Of a DNA stretch of 64,000 nucleotides, positions 17,001 to 24,528 are shown piece after piece. The stretch is taken from contig JAEWQS010000134.1 of NCBI GenBank assembly GCA_023399095.1, positions 24,399 through 88,398 of the forward strand, written 5' to 3'. A program made the translations under genes and the position numbers. How positions within the stretch are numbered: position 1 is the first letter of the stretch; every line of letters begins with the position of its first letter. The notes beneath the pieces are model-generated. The model ran no database searches. It saw nothing but the letters and a program-made list of their open reading frames with translations, and was not told where the DNA came from. Source of the stretch: Bacillota bacterium (GTDB lineage: Bacteria; Bacillota; Clostridia; Christensenellales; SZUA-584).

Positions 17001-20000
17001 CTGCCGCCAGGTCTTGGGGCTGTACGACTTCCAGCGCCGTCACATTGGACTGTATTTTTTCTGCCTGATCAGCAGGCAGGATTTTAACGAGCTCGCGTAC
17101 CTGCTTCAGCTTTTGGCGCACATTACCCGACAGATATTCATCTGCCGTGACCAGCGGAAAACGCTCCGCCTGAAAAAAGGCGCTCGGTACATTTTCGGGT
17201 TCCACGTTGCTGAAATCCCGGAAGATGACGCCTTTCAGCTCCGCTTCAATCTGTTCCTCGGACAGTCCCGCCAAGCTCGCCATATACGGGAGATCCACAC
17301 AGGCTTTTTCCGCGAGGGATACTGCAAGCGCTTCACTGGCTGTGTCCACCGAGGCCACAACCGTATGGGGCTTGATGGTGCGCTTGGTGAACATGTCCGC
17401 TTTGCGCTCCAGCTCGCCGTTTTCGTCGATCACTTCAAGAGAGCAAAGCAGGCAATAGGAGCTGTCATCCGAGAACGCCATGTCGTTGGCGCGGCTGTTG
17501 ATCAGGCCATACTGCGCCGTGAAGCGGTCATACAGTGTGTTTAGCTTTTGCTGTTCACGCTGGATGGCGTCGTCCGGGTAACCCTCCAGCTGGTATTCGA
17601 TAAGACGGCGTGTGCAGTCACGCAGCTCGATCATGCCCCGTATCCGGTTTGCTGCCGTGACGGAAACCTCGATCTTGTTCATACGCGAGTTCTCGCGGTA
17701 ATAGACCTGCCCATCCACCAGCGCAAAGCTGAAATTGCGCACGTTCGGGTCGGCTGGGATAGACTCTGTTTCGTTTTCCTCCAGCTCATCTCGCTCGTAA
17801 TCGGTCAGCTCCGCATGGATGTTTTCAATGGCGATTCTCAGTTGGTCGGCCAGATCAGCGCCTTCAAAGGGTACACAAGTGGTCTCGCTATGGTTGCCGT
17901 ACATCATGTCGTCGAACGCCATCGTCCCCAACACCATATCAGGGTTCACCGCAAAATAGCTGTTGATGGGGATGCCATCCTCGGTCTGGGAAAGATGCAC
18001 CCAATTCGGATCAGTTTCCACGGGGTGGTCGCGCTTCTGCAGGAATAAAATATCCGATGTGACCTGCGTACCCGCGTTTGCGGTAAACGCGTTGTTGGGT
18101 AGCCGTATCGCGCCAATCAGATCGGCGCGCTGCGCGATGTATTTCCGCACGGCGGGGTTGCGTTTGTCCAGCGTTCCCTTGCTCGTAATGAACGCTATAA
18201 TTCCGCCCGGTCTGACCTTGTCCAACGTCTTGGCAAAGAAGTAATCGTGGATCAGAAAGTGGTTTTTGTCGTACCGCTTATCCGCGATGCCGTAGGAACC
18301 GAACGGCACATTGCCGATGGCGAGATCAAAGAAGCTGTCCGGAAGATTCGCTTCCTCATATCCCTGCACGGCGATGCGGGTAGACTGGTACAACTGCTTG
18401 GCAATACGACCTGTGATGCTGTCCAGTTCCACACCATACAACTTGCTGTCCTTCATGCTCTCCGGCACAAGCCCGAAAAAGTTGCCGATGCCGCAAGCGG
18501 GTTCCAGTACATTGCCTTTCTTGAAGCCCATGTTTTCAATTGCCTGATAGATGGCCTTGATCACGATGGGCGATGTATAATGCGCGTTTAGTGTGGAGCT
18601 GCGCGCCGATTCGTACTCATCTTCGGAGAGCAAGCCTTTCAGCTCGGCGAATTCATTTGACCAGGAGGCATTTTCTGCGTCAAATGCCTGTGGGATTCCA
18701 CCCCAGCCCACATACCGAGAAAGGATTTCCTGTTCCTCAACGGTGGCCATTCGGTTTTCTGCATCAATGGCTTGTAAGGTGCGGATGGCGGCAATGTTGA
18801 ATCCGTATTTCGTTTTCGCACCACCGTGGCCAAGCTTGTCATCTGTGATACGAAAATTATGCTTTTCAATACACGGTTGGGTAAAGTCCAGAACGATGCT
18901 TTTCAGTTTGACTTGGGCAGGCTGTTCCTCGGGCAAATCAGGTTCTTGATGCTCAAGCGCATATTGCACAAAGGCAATGCTTTCAGAACGGAAGATAGGG
19001 AAACCAACTGCGTCGGCAAAGGTTACGTCGCGCAGACTGACCTTATCCCACTTGGTATCCACGCTGTCGATCATAAAGCATCGTCCGTCAAGGGTCAGCT
19101 TTGTACCGATCTCAAGTGCATCCTTTTCTCCGGCTGGTTCTGTTTCTTCTGCGACATTGGGCACAATATCACGTGCAATAAGGCCGTCGTTGAGCGGATT
19201 TTCGCGCAAACGGCGGTCGAATTCGGCGCGGGGCATCTCTTTGGACAGCAGCGGGAACTTCTCGTCGCTTAAAGTGACGGTTTCATCGTCATATCCAATA
19301 ACGGTATATTCACTCGCACCGATGTGGACGGTATCGCCAAGGGCATACCAGTATTGAGCGTCATGGCGTGTATCCGTCATTTTTTCCGAGGCTCCCCGCA
19401 GGGCTTCGCGGGCTTGTTGTTTCTCCTGATAGACCGGTAAATGAGCTTTTTCCGCATCCGAGAGATAGCGGTCTACGGCGATTAGCTCGCCGATGCGCTT
19501 CGCGACACGGTTCCATGTCAGCAGGATTTCAGCGTCCGGACTGAGCAGTGAACCTCTTGTGAGCTTGATGCCCTTACCGTCATGGTTTTCCCAGCTATGG
19601 TCGGCATCTTTTAGCGCGTGGCTGCGCCCGCCAATGCCGTATTCCTCCCTGAGAAACGCTGCTTTGTCCTGCAGTAAATGTGGTTCAAGAAAGTACAGAT
19701 AGATGCGGTATTTGCCGTCCGTAACGCCGCTGCCTTTTGTCAGCACCTCGTCGATATCGGCCTGTGAAATAGAAAAAGCAGAGGTTTTTTCCGCCTCTGC
19801 CTGTTCAATTGCTTCAATCTGTTCTTCTGTTGTGGGGAATAGAGCTAGCTGTAGATGAGGCCCTGAAGCACCGCTTCCTCTGCCTGGAGCTTGATCATGT
19901 TCATAAGCCCCGTCCATTTCATAGGGTCTTTGGCTTTCAGTACCTCTGTCACGCCTTGCTCCTGCGCCATCTGTGCTATATCCGCTTTCACTTGCTCCCG

Positions 20001-21021
20001 TGCCGTCTGGTCGATCTCCGCCAAGTGACTGTCCAGCTTCTCCGACAGCAGCATCCCCGCGTATGTCCCTTTCCTGTGGTTCTTGAGGAATGACTTTCTC
20101 AGCATTCCGTATTTCCCGATGGGACACGTCTCCGGTTCGCCCAGTGCCAGGTCGGGTATCAGGTAGTCTCCCTGCTGCGTGTATGTGATCTCCATACTCA
20201 TCGCTCCTTTCGTTTTCATCTTTGCTTATATTCTGCTTTAAGCGCTCCGGCTTTGCAAGCCTGTCGCGCTCCTGCCTCTCGATGCTCTTGATGGTGCGCT
20301 CAATCTGACGAAGCACCATTTCGGATATATCGCTGACTGCTCCGCCCAGCTGCATGACCGTATCGAAGGTATTGAAGTTGAAGATATCCTTGAACAAGTC
20401 ATTGGGTAATGCTTTTATATCCAGCCCCAACCGGCTATATACCATGTAGGAAACGCTGTCGGTCAGAGCCTCTCTGAATACAACGCCTGCGCTCATCTCA
20501 TCCAGATCGCCCAGATAACTGCCGTCTTGCATTTTAAAAAGTTCGGTAATATAATCCGCCATATTATCCTGAATGGCATTACGGATAATATCTCTGAGTT
20601 GACTTTCAAAACCGGTGGTTGTTTCATCTGCATCGCCGAATTGGTGGGACAGCTCTTCAATCACCTGCTCCTGATACACTTTTTCCATTTGCCATAAGTG
20701 GAACGGCGTATGTTCCAGACTGTGCGTATCCGACACATCGAAGACATGTCTAAGCGTCATTCTGCCCGAGCTGTCATCGATGAGGGCGATTCCCTTCGCG
20801 CCTCGGTTCACCCAGCGGCGCATATGCTTGTTCCAAAACTCAATGGAAGCGCAGGCAGTGGCGTCTGGACGCTGCGCGTAGATGAGAACTTGCTCCTCAA
20901 ACGGATACTTATAGAGGCGGGCAGCGGTTTGCAGAAAATCAGCCCATACCTGTGGATTGTCCGTTATCCGATTAACTGTCTGGCCGATAAGCTCGGATAT
21001 TCGTTGCAGTTTGCTTGTCAA
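14044..21021 (-). CDS. Giant ICE protein: ArdC-N-like head, disordered linker, N6-adenine DNA methyltransferase, SNF2/DEAH helicase
   Basis: The protein is 2325 aa with a TTG start (21021) and AAAGGAG 9 nt upstream. MTase motif I is VLEPACGIGNFF (18475-18510) and motif IV is NVPF (18301-18312). The helicase has Walker A GAGKT (16411-16440), DEAH in LFVDEAHNFKN (15928-15960), and motif VI QREGRIIRQG. Confidence 0.85.
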   Translation of the reverse strand: MTSKLQRISELIGQTVNRITDNPQVWADFLQTAARLYKYPFEEQVLIYAQRPDATACASIEFWNKHMRRWVNRGAKGIALIDDSSGRMTLRHVFDVSDTHSLEHTPFHLWQMEKVYQEQVIEELSHQFGDADETTTGFESQLRDIIRNAIQDNMADYITELFKMQDGSYLGDLDEMSAGVVFREALTDSVSYMVYSRLGLDIKALPNDLFKDIFNFNTFDTVMQLGGAVSDISEMVLRQIERTIKSIERQERDRLAKPERLKQNISKDENERSDEYGDHIHAAGRLPDTRPGTGRTGDVSHREIRNAEKVIPQEPQERDIRGDAAVGEAGQSLGGDRPDGTGASESGYSTDGAGARRDRGTESQRPYEMDGAYEHDQAPGRGSGASGPHLQLALFPTTEEQIEAIEQAEAEKTSAFSISQADIDEVLTKGSGVTDGKYRIYLYFLEPHLLQDKAAFLREEYGIGGRSHALKDADHSWENHDGKGIKLTRGSLLSPDAEILLTWNRVAKRIGELIAVDRYLSDAEKAHLPVYQEKQQAREALRGASEKMTDTRHDAQYWYALGDTVHIGASEYTVIGYDDETVTLSDEKFPLLSKEMPRAEFDRRLRENPLNDGLIARDIVPNVAEETEPAGEKDALEIGTKLTLDGRCFMIDSVDTKWDKVSLRDVTFADAVGFPIFRSESIAFVQYALEHQEPDLPEEQPAQVKLKSIVLDFTQPCIEKHNFRITDDKLGHGGAKTKYGFNIAAIRTLQAIDAENRMATVEEQEILSRYVGWGGIPQAFDAENASWSNEFAELKGLLSEDEYESARSSTLNAHYTSPIVIKAIYQAIENMGFKKGNVLEPACGIGNFFGLVPESMKDSKLYGVELDSITGRIAKQLYQSTRIAVQGYEEANLPDSFFDLAIGNVPFGSYGIADKRYDKNHFLIHDYFFAKTLDKVRPGGIIAFITSKGTLDKRNPAVRKYIAQRADLIGAIRLPNNAFTANAGTQVTSDILFLQKRDHPVETDPNWVHLSQTEDGIPINSYFAVNPDMVLGTMAFDDMMYGNHSETTCVPFEGADLADQLRIAIENIHAELTDYERDELEENETESIPADPNVRNFSFALVDGQVYYRENSRMNKIEVSVTAANRIRGMIELRDCTRRLIEYQLEGYPDDAIQREQQKLNTLYDRFTAQYGLINSRANDMAFSDDSSYCLLCSLEVIDENGELERKADMFTKRTIKPHTVVASVDTASEALAVSLAEKACVDLPYMASLAGLSEEQIEAELKGVIFRDFSNVEPENVPSAFFQAERFPLVTADEYLSGNVRQKLKQVRELVKILPADQAEKIQSNVTALEVVQPQDLAAGEIDVRLGATWLPQEDIQQFVIEFLKPSYYAESRIKVHYSPYTASWSLEGKKADYDGVLANVTYGTDRINAYQIIEQTLNLKDVRIFDKKLDADGKEIRVLNRKETTIAQQKQQQIKDAFREWIWKDHNRRERLVQLYNEKFNSIRPREYDGSHLKFSGINPEITLRPHQVNAIAHILYGGNTLLGHVVGAGKTFEMVAAAMESKRLGLCSKSLFVVPNHLTEQWAAEFLQLYPSANILVATRKDFEKRNRRKFCGRIATGDYDAVIIGHSQFEKIPMSIDRQKATLQEQLDEIVFGIADAKAAKAERFTVKQLEKTKKAIKLKLDKLNDTSRKDDVVTFEELGVDRLFVDEAHNFKNLFLITKMRNVAGLAQTEAQKSSDLFMKCRYLDELTGGRGVVFATGTPISNSMTELYTMQRYLQYETLRSQGLQHFDAWASTFGETVTAIELAPEGTGYRAKTRFARFYNLPELISMFKMVADIQTADMLNLPVPEAEYHNVVIKPSEHQRNMVAELAERAEKVRNGMVDATEDNMLKITNDGRKLALDQRLISDLLPDDEDSKVSACVDNIYRLWEQNRDKRLTQLVFCDLSTPHYDGNFNVYDDTKLKLIGIGVPEDEIAFIHDANTEIRKSELFANVRKGNVRILLGSTFKMGAGTNVQKKLVAEHHLDVPWRPSDIEQREGRIIRQGNGNDQVHIFRYVTENTFDSYMWQTIENKQKFISQIMTSKSPVRSCEDIDETALSYAEVKALATGNPYIKEKMDLDIQVARLKLLKASHLSQRYAMEDNLHKYFPSQIRQTEERICGYEQDIARINEFVLEDDQKFSPMTIGCIQYDKKELAGKALLEACKAKTSPEPAAIGEYRGFTLVLSFDTFSKAFQLTLKNVLSHSIILGSDVFGNISRIDNVLAGLPERVEQCKRGLEDLQRQVEEGKMEVGKPFAQEQELLEKAARLAELDALLNMEKSSSEMLDGEPDQEDEREIDYISR
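19845..20195 (-). CDS. tnpV: TnpV-family protein ORF nested out of frame inside the giant gene
   Basis: The ORF is 116 aa from ATG 20195, with SD AAAGGAG at 20205-20211 and 9-nt spacing. It is on the same strand as the giant ORF but in a different frame. The sequence MEITYTQQGDYLIPDLALGEPE..IGKYGMLRKSFLKNHRK..YAGMLLSEKLDSHLAEIDQTA...EQGVTEVLKAKDPMKWTGLMNMI...LIYS follows the TnpV pattern of Tn4451-type elements as I recall it. Confidence 0.6.
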   Translation of the reverse strand: MEITYTQQGDYLIPDLALGEPETCPIGKYGMLRKSFLKNHRKGTYAGMLLSEKLDSHLAEIDQTAREQVKADIAQMAQEQGVTEVLKAKDPMKWTGLMNMIKLQAEEAVLQGLIYS

Positions 21022-21045
21022 TTAATTATTCTCCTTTCTGAAAAA

Positions 21046-21076
21046 TGGGTATAAAAAAGACGGCTTGTGTGCCGTC
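21046..21076 (-). terminator. hairpin + T-run terminator fused to conserved RBS module (copy M2, upstream of the giant gene)
   Basis: The minus strand reads GACGGCacacaaGCCGTCTTTTTTATACCCATTTTTCAGAAAGGAG followed by TTG at 21021. The stem is 21059-21064 / 21071-21076. Confidence 0.6.
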
Positions 21077-21157
21077 AACTAATCAATAAAAAATCAATTC
21101 ACATTAGTATAATGTGTTCTTATTATAGTTACAATCATTTAAACCATCCCTGTGGCT

Positions 21158-22348
21158 TTACCTGATTATAATATCATTTGTATAATATGAATGCTTCCCA
21201 AACTCATCTTCCCAATACAGTAATGTTGCTTGTTCTGTTTCGTTGATTATTGATTCACCCAATTTGAGGGCTGATCTTGAGGCTTCAACCATGCCTTCTG
21301 TTTTGTTTCGCGTATTTAATTCGGATAGGGCTTCATTGGTGCTTTCAAATGATTTTCTTTGATTTCGTTTTCCCCCAAGCCAACTAGGCATTATTTTCTG
21401 CCATCCGTTCATGGCTGAAACAATTTCTTTAAGTGATTGTGTTAATTCTTCTACTTGTTTTGGACTGTTTTCAATGCTGTTCCAGAACGTTTGATACCGC
21501 TTAGCCTTTTCAACTAAGTTTGTCGCTAATGTCTTTATAAACGCCGGATTCTCTTGCAGTGTCATTTTAAGTCGTAAGATATCAATTCTTAAATCCAATA
21601 TCGACAAAAGAGTCGCCATGTAAGCGTCTGAGTTCTTAAGAGCTAATCCTTCTGTGCTTAAGTTTATATCGATTATCTGAGCTTCATAAAGATAGTGGTA
21701 TCTCTCGAAAATCGGGTTCACTTTATCCTCAATCAGTGCCAAACGTATTACCATGTCGTTCGTAAATCTGTTTGAAATATCGTGTTCATTTTCCAATGCC
21801 TCAAGCCTTGAAGCGGCGGAAATAAACTCACCAATAAATGTAGCCTCAGATCTTTGTAGCTTACGGCTGACTTCCTGCTGCATTTTATCGAGCTTTTCAT
21901 TAACAGCTTTAAACTGCTGCAGCACCATGATGGTCGATAACGCTTGAAACGCAAGTAGAGGCGCAGCAACAGGCATGATAGCACCGGCTACCGGGATAAA
22001 CGGAGCCTGACTGACAATTCCTCCGGCACCCATAACTGCACTGCCTACACCATTTCCTATCGCCATCAGTGTAGCGGGGTTTGCTGTCGCCATAAACAAG
22101 GTGCCAGAAGTTGCAGTGGCTAGCCCAAAAGCCCCGCCTCCACTGGCGAGCAATGTCGGAATGCACAGTTCTGAAAGAGCCCCGCCGTTTTTTATGTGAT
22201 ACCCCTGCGCCATAAAATTTGACTGGAAATTTGCAATAATATTATTTTTAAGGTCGCCGTTAATTGCCATGAGGCCAAACTTTTCACCACTTTCGGGGCA
22301 TTCATAAATTCTTGTATAATTTTTGGTATGCTTTCGCTTTTTGAACAT
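21158..22348 (-). CDS. 396-aa protein with a glycine/alanine-rich hydrophobic (glycine-zipper-like) region plus a long coiled-coil region (cargo, function unknown)
   Basis: The region is AT-rich. Residues about 55-135 read GGALSELCIPTLLASGGGAFGLATATSGTLFMATANPATLMAIGNGVGSAVMGAGGIVSQAPFIPVAGAIMPVAAPLLAF. The rest is heptad-like and helical. I recognise no family. Confidence 0.55.
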   Translation of the reverse strand: MFKKRKHTKNYTRIYECPESGEKFGLMAINGDLKNNIIANFQSNFMAQGYHIKNGGALSELCIPTLLASGGGAFGLATATSGTLFMATANPATLMAIGNGVGSAVMGAGGIVSQAPFIPVAGAIMPVAAPLLAFQALSTIMVLQQFKAVNEKLDKMQQEVSRKLQRSEATFIGEFISAASRLEALENEHDISNRFTNDMVIRLALIEDKVNPIFERYHYLYEAQIIDINLSTEGLALKNSDAYMATLLSILDLRIDILRLKMTLQENPAFIKTLATNLVEKAKRYQTFWNSIENSPKQVEELTQSLKEIVSAMNGWQKIMPSWLGGKRNQRKSFESTNEALSELNTRNKTEGMVEASRSALKLGESIINETEQATLLYWEDEFGKHSYYTNDIIIR

Positions 22349-22425
22349 AGTTTAACCCCCTAATAGTTAAAACAATTGTAGGTGAATACATATAAGAGAC
22401 TACTAGTGCTCATAAGATTACTGTA

Positions 22426-23367
22426 TCACATAATTTCAATTCTGCAATTTCGTAAAACAAGATTATGATTAATTGTGCATAGCATATCATATAGTTCTTT
22501 ACCCAAAGAAGGATATTTGCAATTTTTAAAAGTATGGTTATTCCACAATTCTTTCGGTTTTAAATTTCCATCGTCATCTTGTTCAACTAAATCTTGAAAA
22601 TAATTAATATTTATGAATTCGCTCCATGTATTATGGTAATATTGTTTTAAGTAGTATTTCAATCGTATTATTGACTGCGAAATATGATAATCTATACTCT
22701 TCCAGTCCGGACTATCAGAGATTCCGTTAAATAATTGAACTAAAGGCAAGTCATCTGAAGTGTCATTTAGATATGTATAAATAGCACATAATAACAAGTC
22801 ACTAAAATCATATTGTCCATAATTAGAACGTTCAGCGTTGAAAAGTGGTAGGCATGGGAAGAAATTTCCCCTTGTCCCGCTTAATTGAGCCAATATTTCA
22901 AACTGCATTAGTATTGGTCTTGACCATTCTACTTTATTTAAGTTCTCGTCACTAAAAATAACATCAAAATTAAACAGCATTTCTTGATTATAATCACTAT
23001 TTTTCCACTCTGTTTTTTCATACTTTATTTTAGTTGTGAATTCTTTGAGAAAAAAAGTAAAAGTGTGTTTCATAGAATTTAATGTGTCACCAAATATTAC
23101 GTATCTACCCTCTTGTTCAGGTAACAAAATCTGTTTTTTGAGATTGTTTTTATTAAAATTGTCGCTTTTATTTTTAATTTCTCCTTTGTTTAGAAAACCC
23201 CATTTTTCCTTATAGAATTTCATTGCATCTTCTGAAACATCTGTATCGTATTGCTTTTCAAGAGATTCGATATAAGATTCTATATACGCCCTAATACCCG
23301 GATATCTTTGATTGATATTTTTTGCATAACTTTTATTAAACTCTTTATCGATATTTTTAAATAGCAT
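22426..23367 (-). CDS. 313-aa hypothetical protein (cargo, function unknown)
   Basis: This is an AT-rich ORF and the first gene of the cassette. I recognise no catalytic motif. It contains ..SGTRGNFFPCLPLFNAERSNYGQYDFSDLLL.. Confidence 0.5.
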   Translation of the reverse strand: MLFKNIDKEFNKSYAKNINQRYPGIRAYIESYIESLEKQYDTDVSEDAMKFYKEKWGFLNKGEIKNKSDNFNKNNLKKQILLPEQEGRYVIFGDTLNSMKHTFTFFLKEFTTKIKYEKTEWKNSDYNQEMLFNFDVIFSDENLNKVEWSRPILMQFEILAQLSGTRGNFFPCLPLFNAERSNYGQYDFSDLLLCAIYTYLNDTSDDLPLVQLFNGISDSPDWKSIDYHISQSIIRLKYYLKQYYHNTWSEFININYFQDLVEQDDDGNLKPKELWNNHTFKNCKYPSLGKELYDMLCTINHNLVLRNCRIEIM

Positions 23368-23408
23368 AGTAATCCTTCATTATAATCATAAGCCCACAAG
23401 ATATCATC

Positions 23409-23433
23409 GCTTATATTTCGACAATTATATCCA
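23409..23433 (-). promoter_or_regulatory. shared upstream element, copy B (operator/promoter-like) of the 313/396-aa cassette
   Basis: The minus strand reads TGGATATAATTGTCGAAATATAAGC. The core TGTCGAAATATAA (plus 23411-23423) is identical to 7151-7163. A TATAAT lies about 25 nt downstream, and the core is about 44 nt from ATG 23367. Confidence 0.4.
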
Positions 23434-23498
23434 TATTACCTTTATGATGAAGTGTAGCAGAGCCAGAAAATTGTTGACTCTATTACACTCAAAATCTC

Positions 23499-23762
23499 TT
23501 ACATCTTAAGCCAATAGCGATTTGAAAGTCTGCCTCCATCATCAGAGTACCGGGGAGCAATATCCAGCATATCCATGCGCTTTAACCGATAAAGGTTTTT
23601 TCTTATTGCAGAGTGCGAAAGGCCGATATTCTTACCGATCTGCTTCACTGATATGGCGATATTGCGTCCATTCGATTTGTCCAATAGATAGCAATATATG
23701 AGCTTTGCGGCTGCAGGAACAGGAAGCCCCGCGCACAGTTTATATCTTGTCAAGTCATTCAT
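23499..23762 (-). CDS. winged-helix/HTH DNA-binding protein (ICE regulator-like)
   Basis: The protein is 87 aa from ATG 23762, with AAGGAG 6 nt upstream. The sequence is MNDLTRYKLCAGLPVPAAAKLIYCYLLDKSNGRNIAISVKQIGKNIGLSHSAIRKNLYRLKRMDML. I trimmed it from track start 23816. Confidence 0.6.
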   Translation of the reverse strand: MNDLTRYKLCAGLPVPAAAKLIYCYLLDKSNGRNIAISVKQIGKNIGLSHSAIRKNLYRLKRMDMLDIAPRYSDDGGRLSNRYWLKM

Positions 23763-23772
23763 TTTCTTCTCC

Positions 23773-24372
23773 TTATCTTTCCGGTTCATGCTGTGTTTTG
23801 TTCTTCTGTTTTTCACGAGCCTGTTTCAACTTCTCCGCTGCCCAGTCGGGCATATATTCGGGTTTCAGTACGCCCAAAATATCCTCCCTGTTCCAGCGTG
23901 CTTCTTTGCCTGTGTAGAGGTTGACCGTATAGACCGCCCGGCCTCTGGCATTTTCATATGCGCCGAAGCCTCCCGTTGCCAAAACCAGCTGCTTAGCGGC
24001 GGTTCGGTATTCAGGAAGAAGGCATTCTGGGCGGATGACGACAACCTTGTTTTCAATGCTTACGGTATTTTCGTTAGGTTTACAATGCTCATGTGTAAAA
24101 AGGCGGATCGGCGTTTCAACACGCTCCGCTTTAACAGCCTCAAGTTGTGCATTAACGCGCGCAATGAATTCGGTCATCATCTCAAAATAGTCCGTGCTGC
24201 CAACGGCGTTGTCGTACTGATCTATTCCAAAAGGGTTGTCCCATGTGCAATCGCAAACTATGTACGGGTTGTCGGTTTTCGTCTCATCCATCCCAAACAG
24301 TATTTCTTTGTTGCCTATATAAATGGCGTGCTTGATTTCATATCCATCCACCATACGTCCCACAATATCCAT
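23773..24372 (-). CDS. conserved ICE protein of unknown function (199 aa)
   Basis: It is in the ORF track, with RBS AGGAG upstream and a basic C-terminal tail. I cannot assert a family name with confidence. Confidence 0.5.
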   Translation of the reverse strand: MDIVGRMVDGYEIKHAIYIGNKEILFGMDETKTDNPYIVCDCTWDNPFGIDQYDNAVGSTDYFEMMTEFIARVNAQLEAVKAERVETPIRLFTHEHCKPNENTVSIENKVVVIRPECLLPEYRTAAKQLVLATGGFGAYENARGRAVYTVNLYTGKEARWNREDILGVLKPEYMPDWAAEKLKQAREKQKNKTQHEPER

Positions 24373-24397
24373 TTGCTTTTCTCCTATCTGTGATCAG

Positions 24398-24425
24398 TAA
24401 AAAGGGGCGGACGCGCCGCCCCTTT
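24398..24425 (-). terminator. strong rho-independent terminator ending the Tad operon
   Basis: The minus strand reads AAAGGGGCGGcgcgtCCGCCCCTTTTT. The 10-bp GC-rich stem is 24401-24410 / 24416-24425 and is followed by a T-run. Confidence 0.75.
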
Positions 24426-24437
24426 ACCGATCTTCGG

Positions 24438-24524
24438 TCATTTCGATCTGCGTTTTTTGATCTGGAAGTATACAATCGCACCCAGTATAAACACACAAAG
24501 CCCAACCATAATCGCGGTTTTCAT
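24438..24524 (-). CDS. 28-aa single-TM micro-ORF downstream of the HD-GYP gene
   Basis: My manual translation is MKTAIMVGLCVFILGAIVYFQIKKRRSK. GGAGG lies 8 nt upstream of ATG 24524, inside the end of the HD-GYP gene. The ORF is followed by the operon terminator. It is below the ORF-track size cut-off. Confidence 0.35.
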   Translation of the reverse strand: MKTAIMVGLCVFILGAIVYFQIKKRRSK

Positions 24525-24528
24525 AAAA

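Noticed and set aside
16540-17544. A 334-aa plus-strand ORF, together with many shorter plus-strand ORFs between 14031 and 21054.
   Set aside because: They are entirely antisense to the giant methylase-helicase gene, whose motifs are unambiguous. Their sequences are low-complexity and R/L/H-rich, as is typical of antisense frames in GC-rich coding DNA. They have no RBS or recognisable motifs.
23481-23490. The 10-mer TATTACACTC is shared between the upstream regions of the 313-aa gene and the AAA+ gene (53281-53290).
   Set aside because: A single 10-nt match between AT-rich spacers in a 64-kb window is within chance expectation. The flanks do not align.
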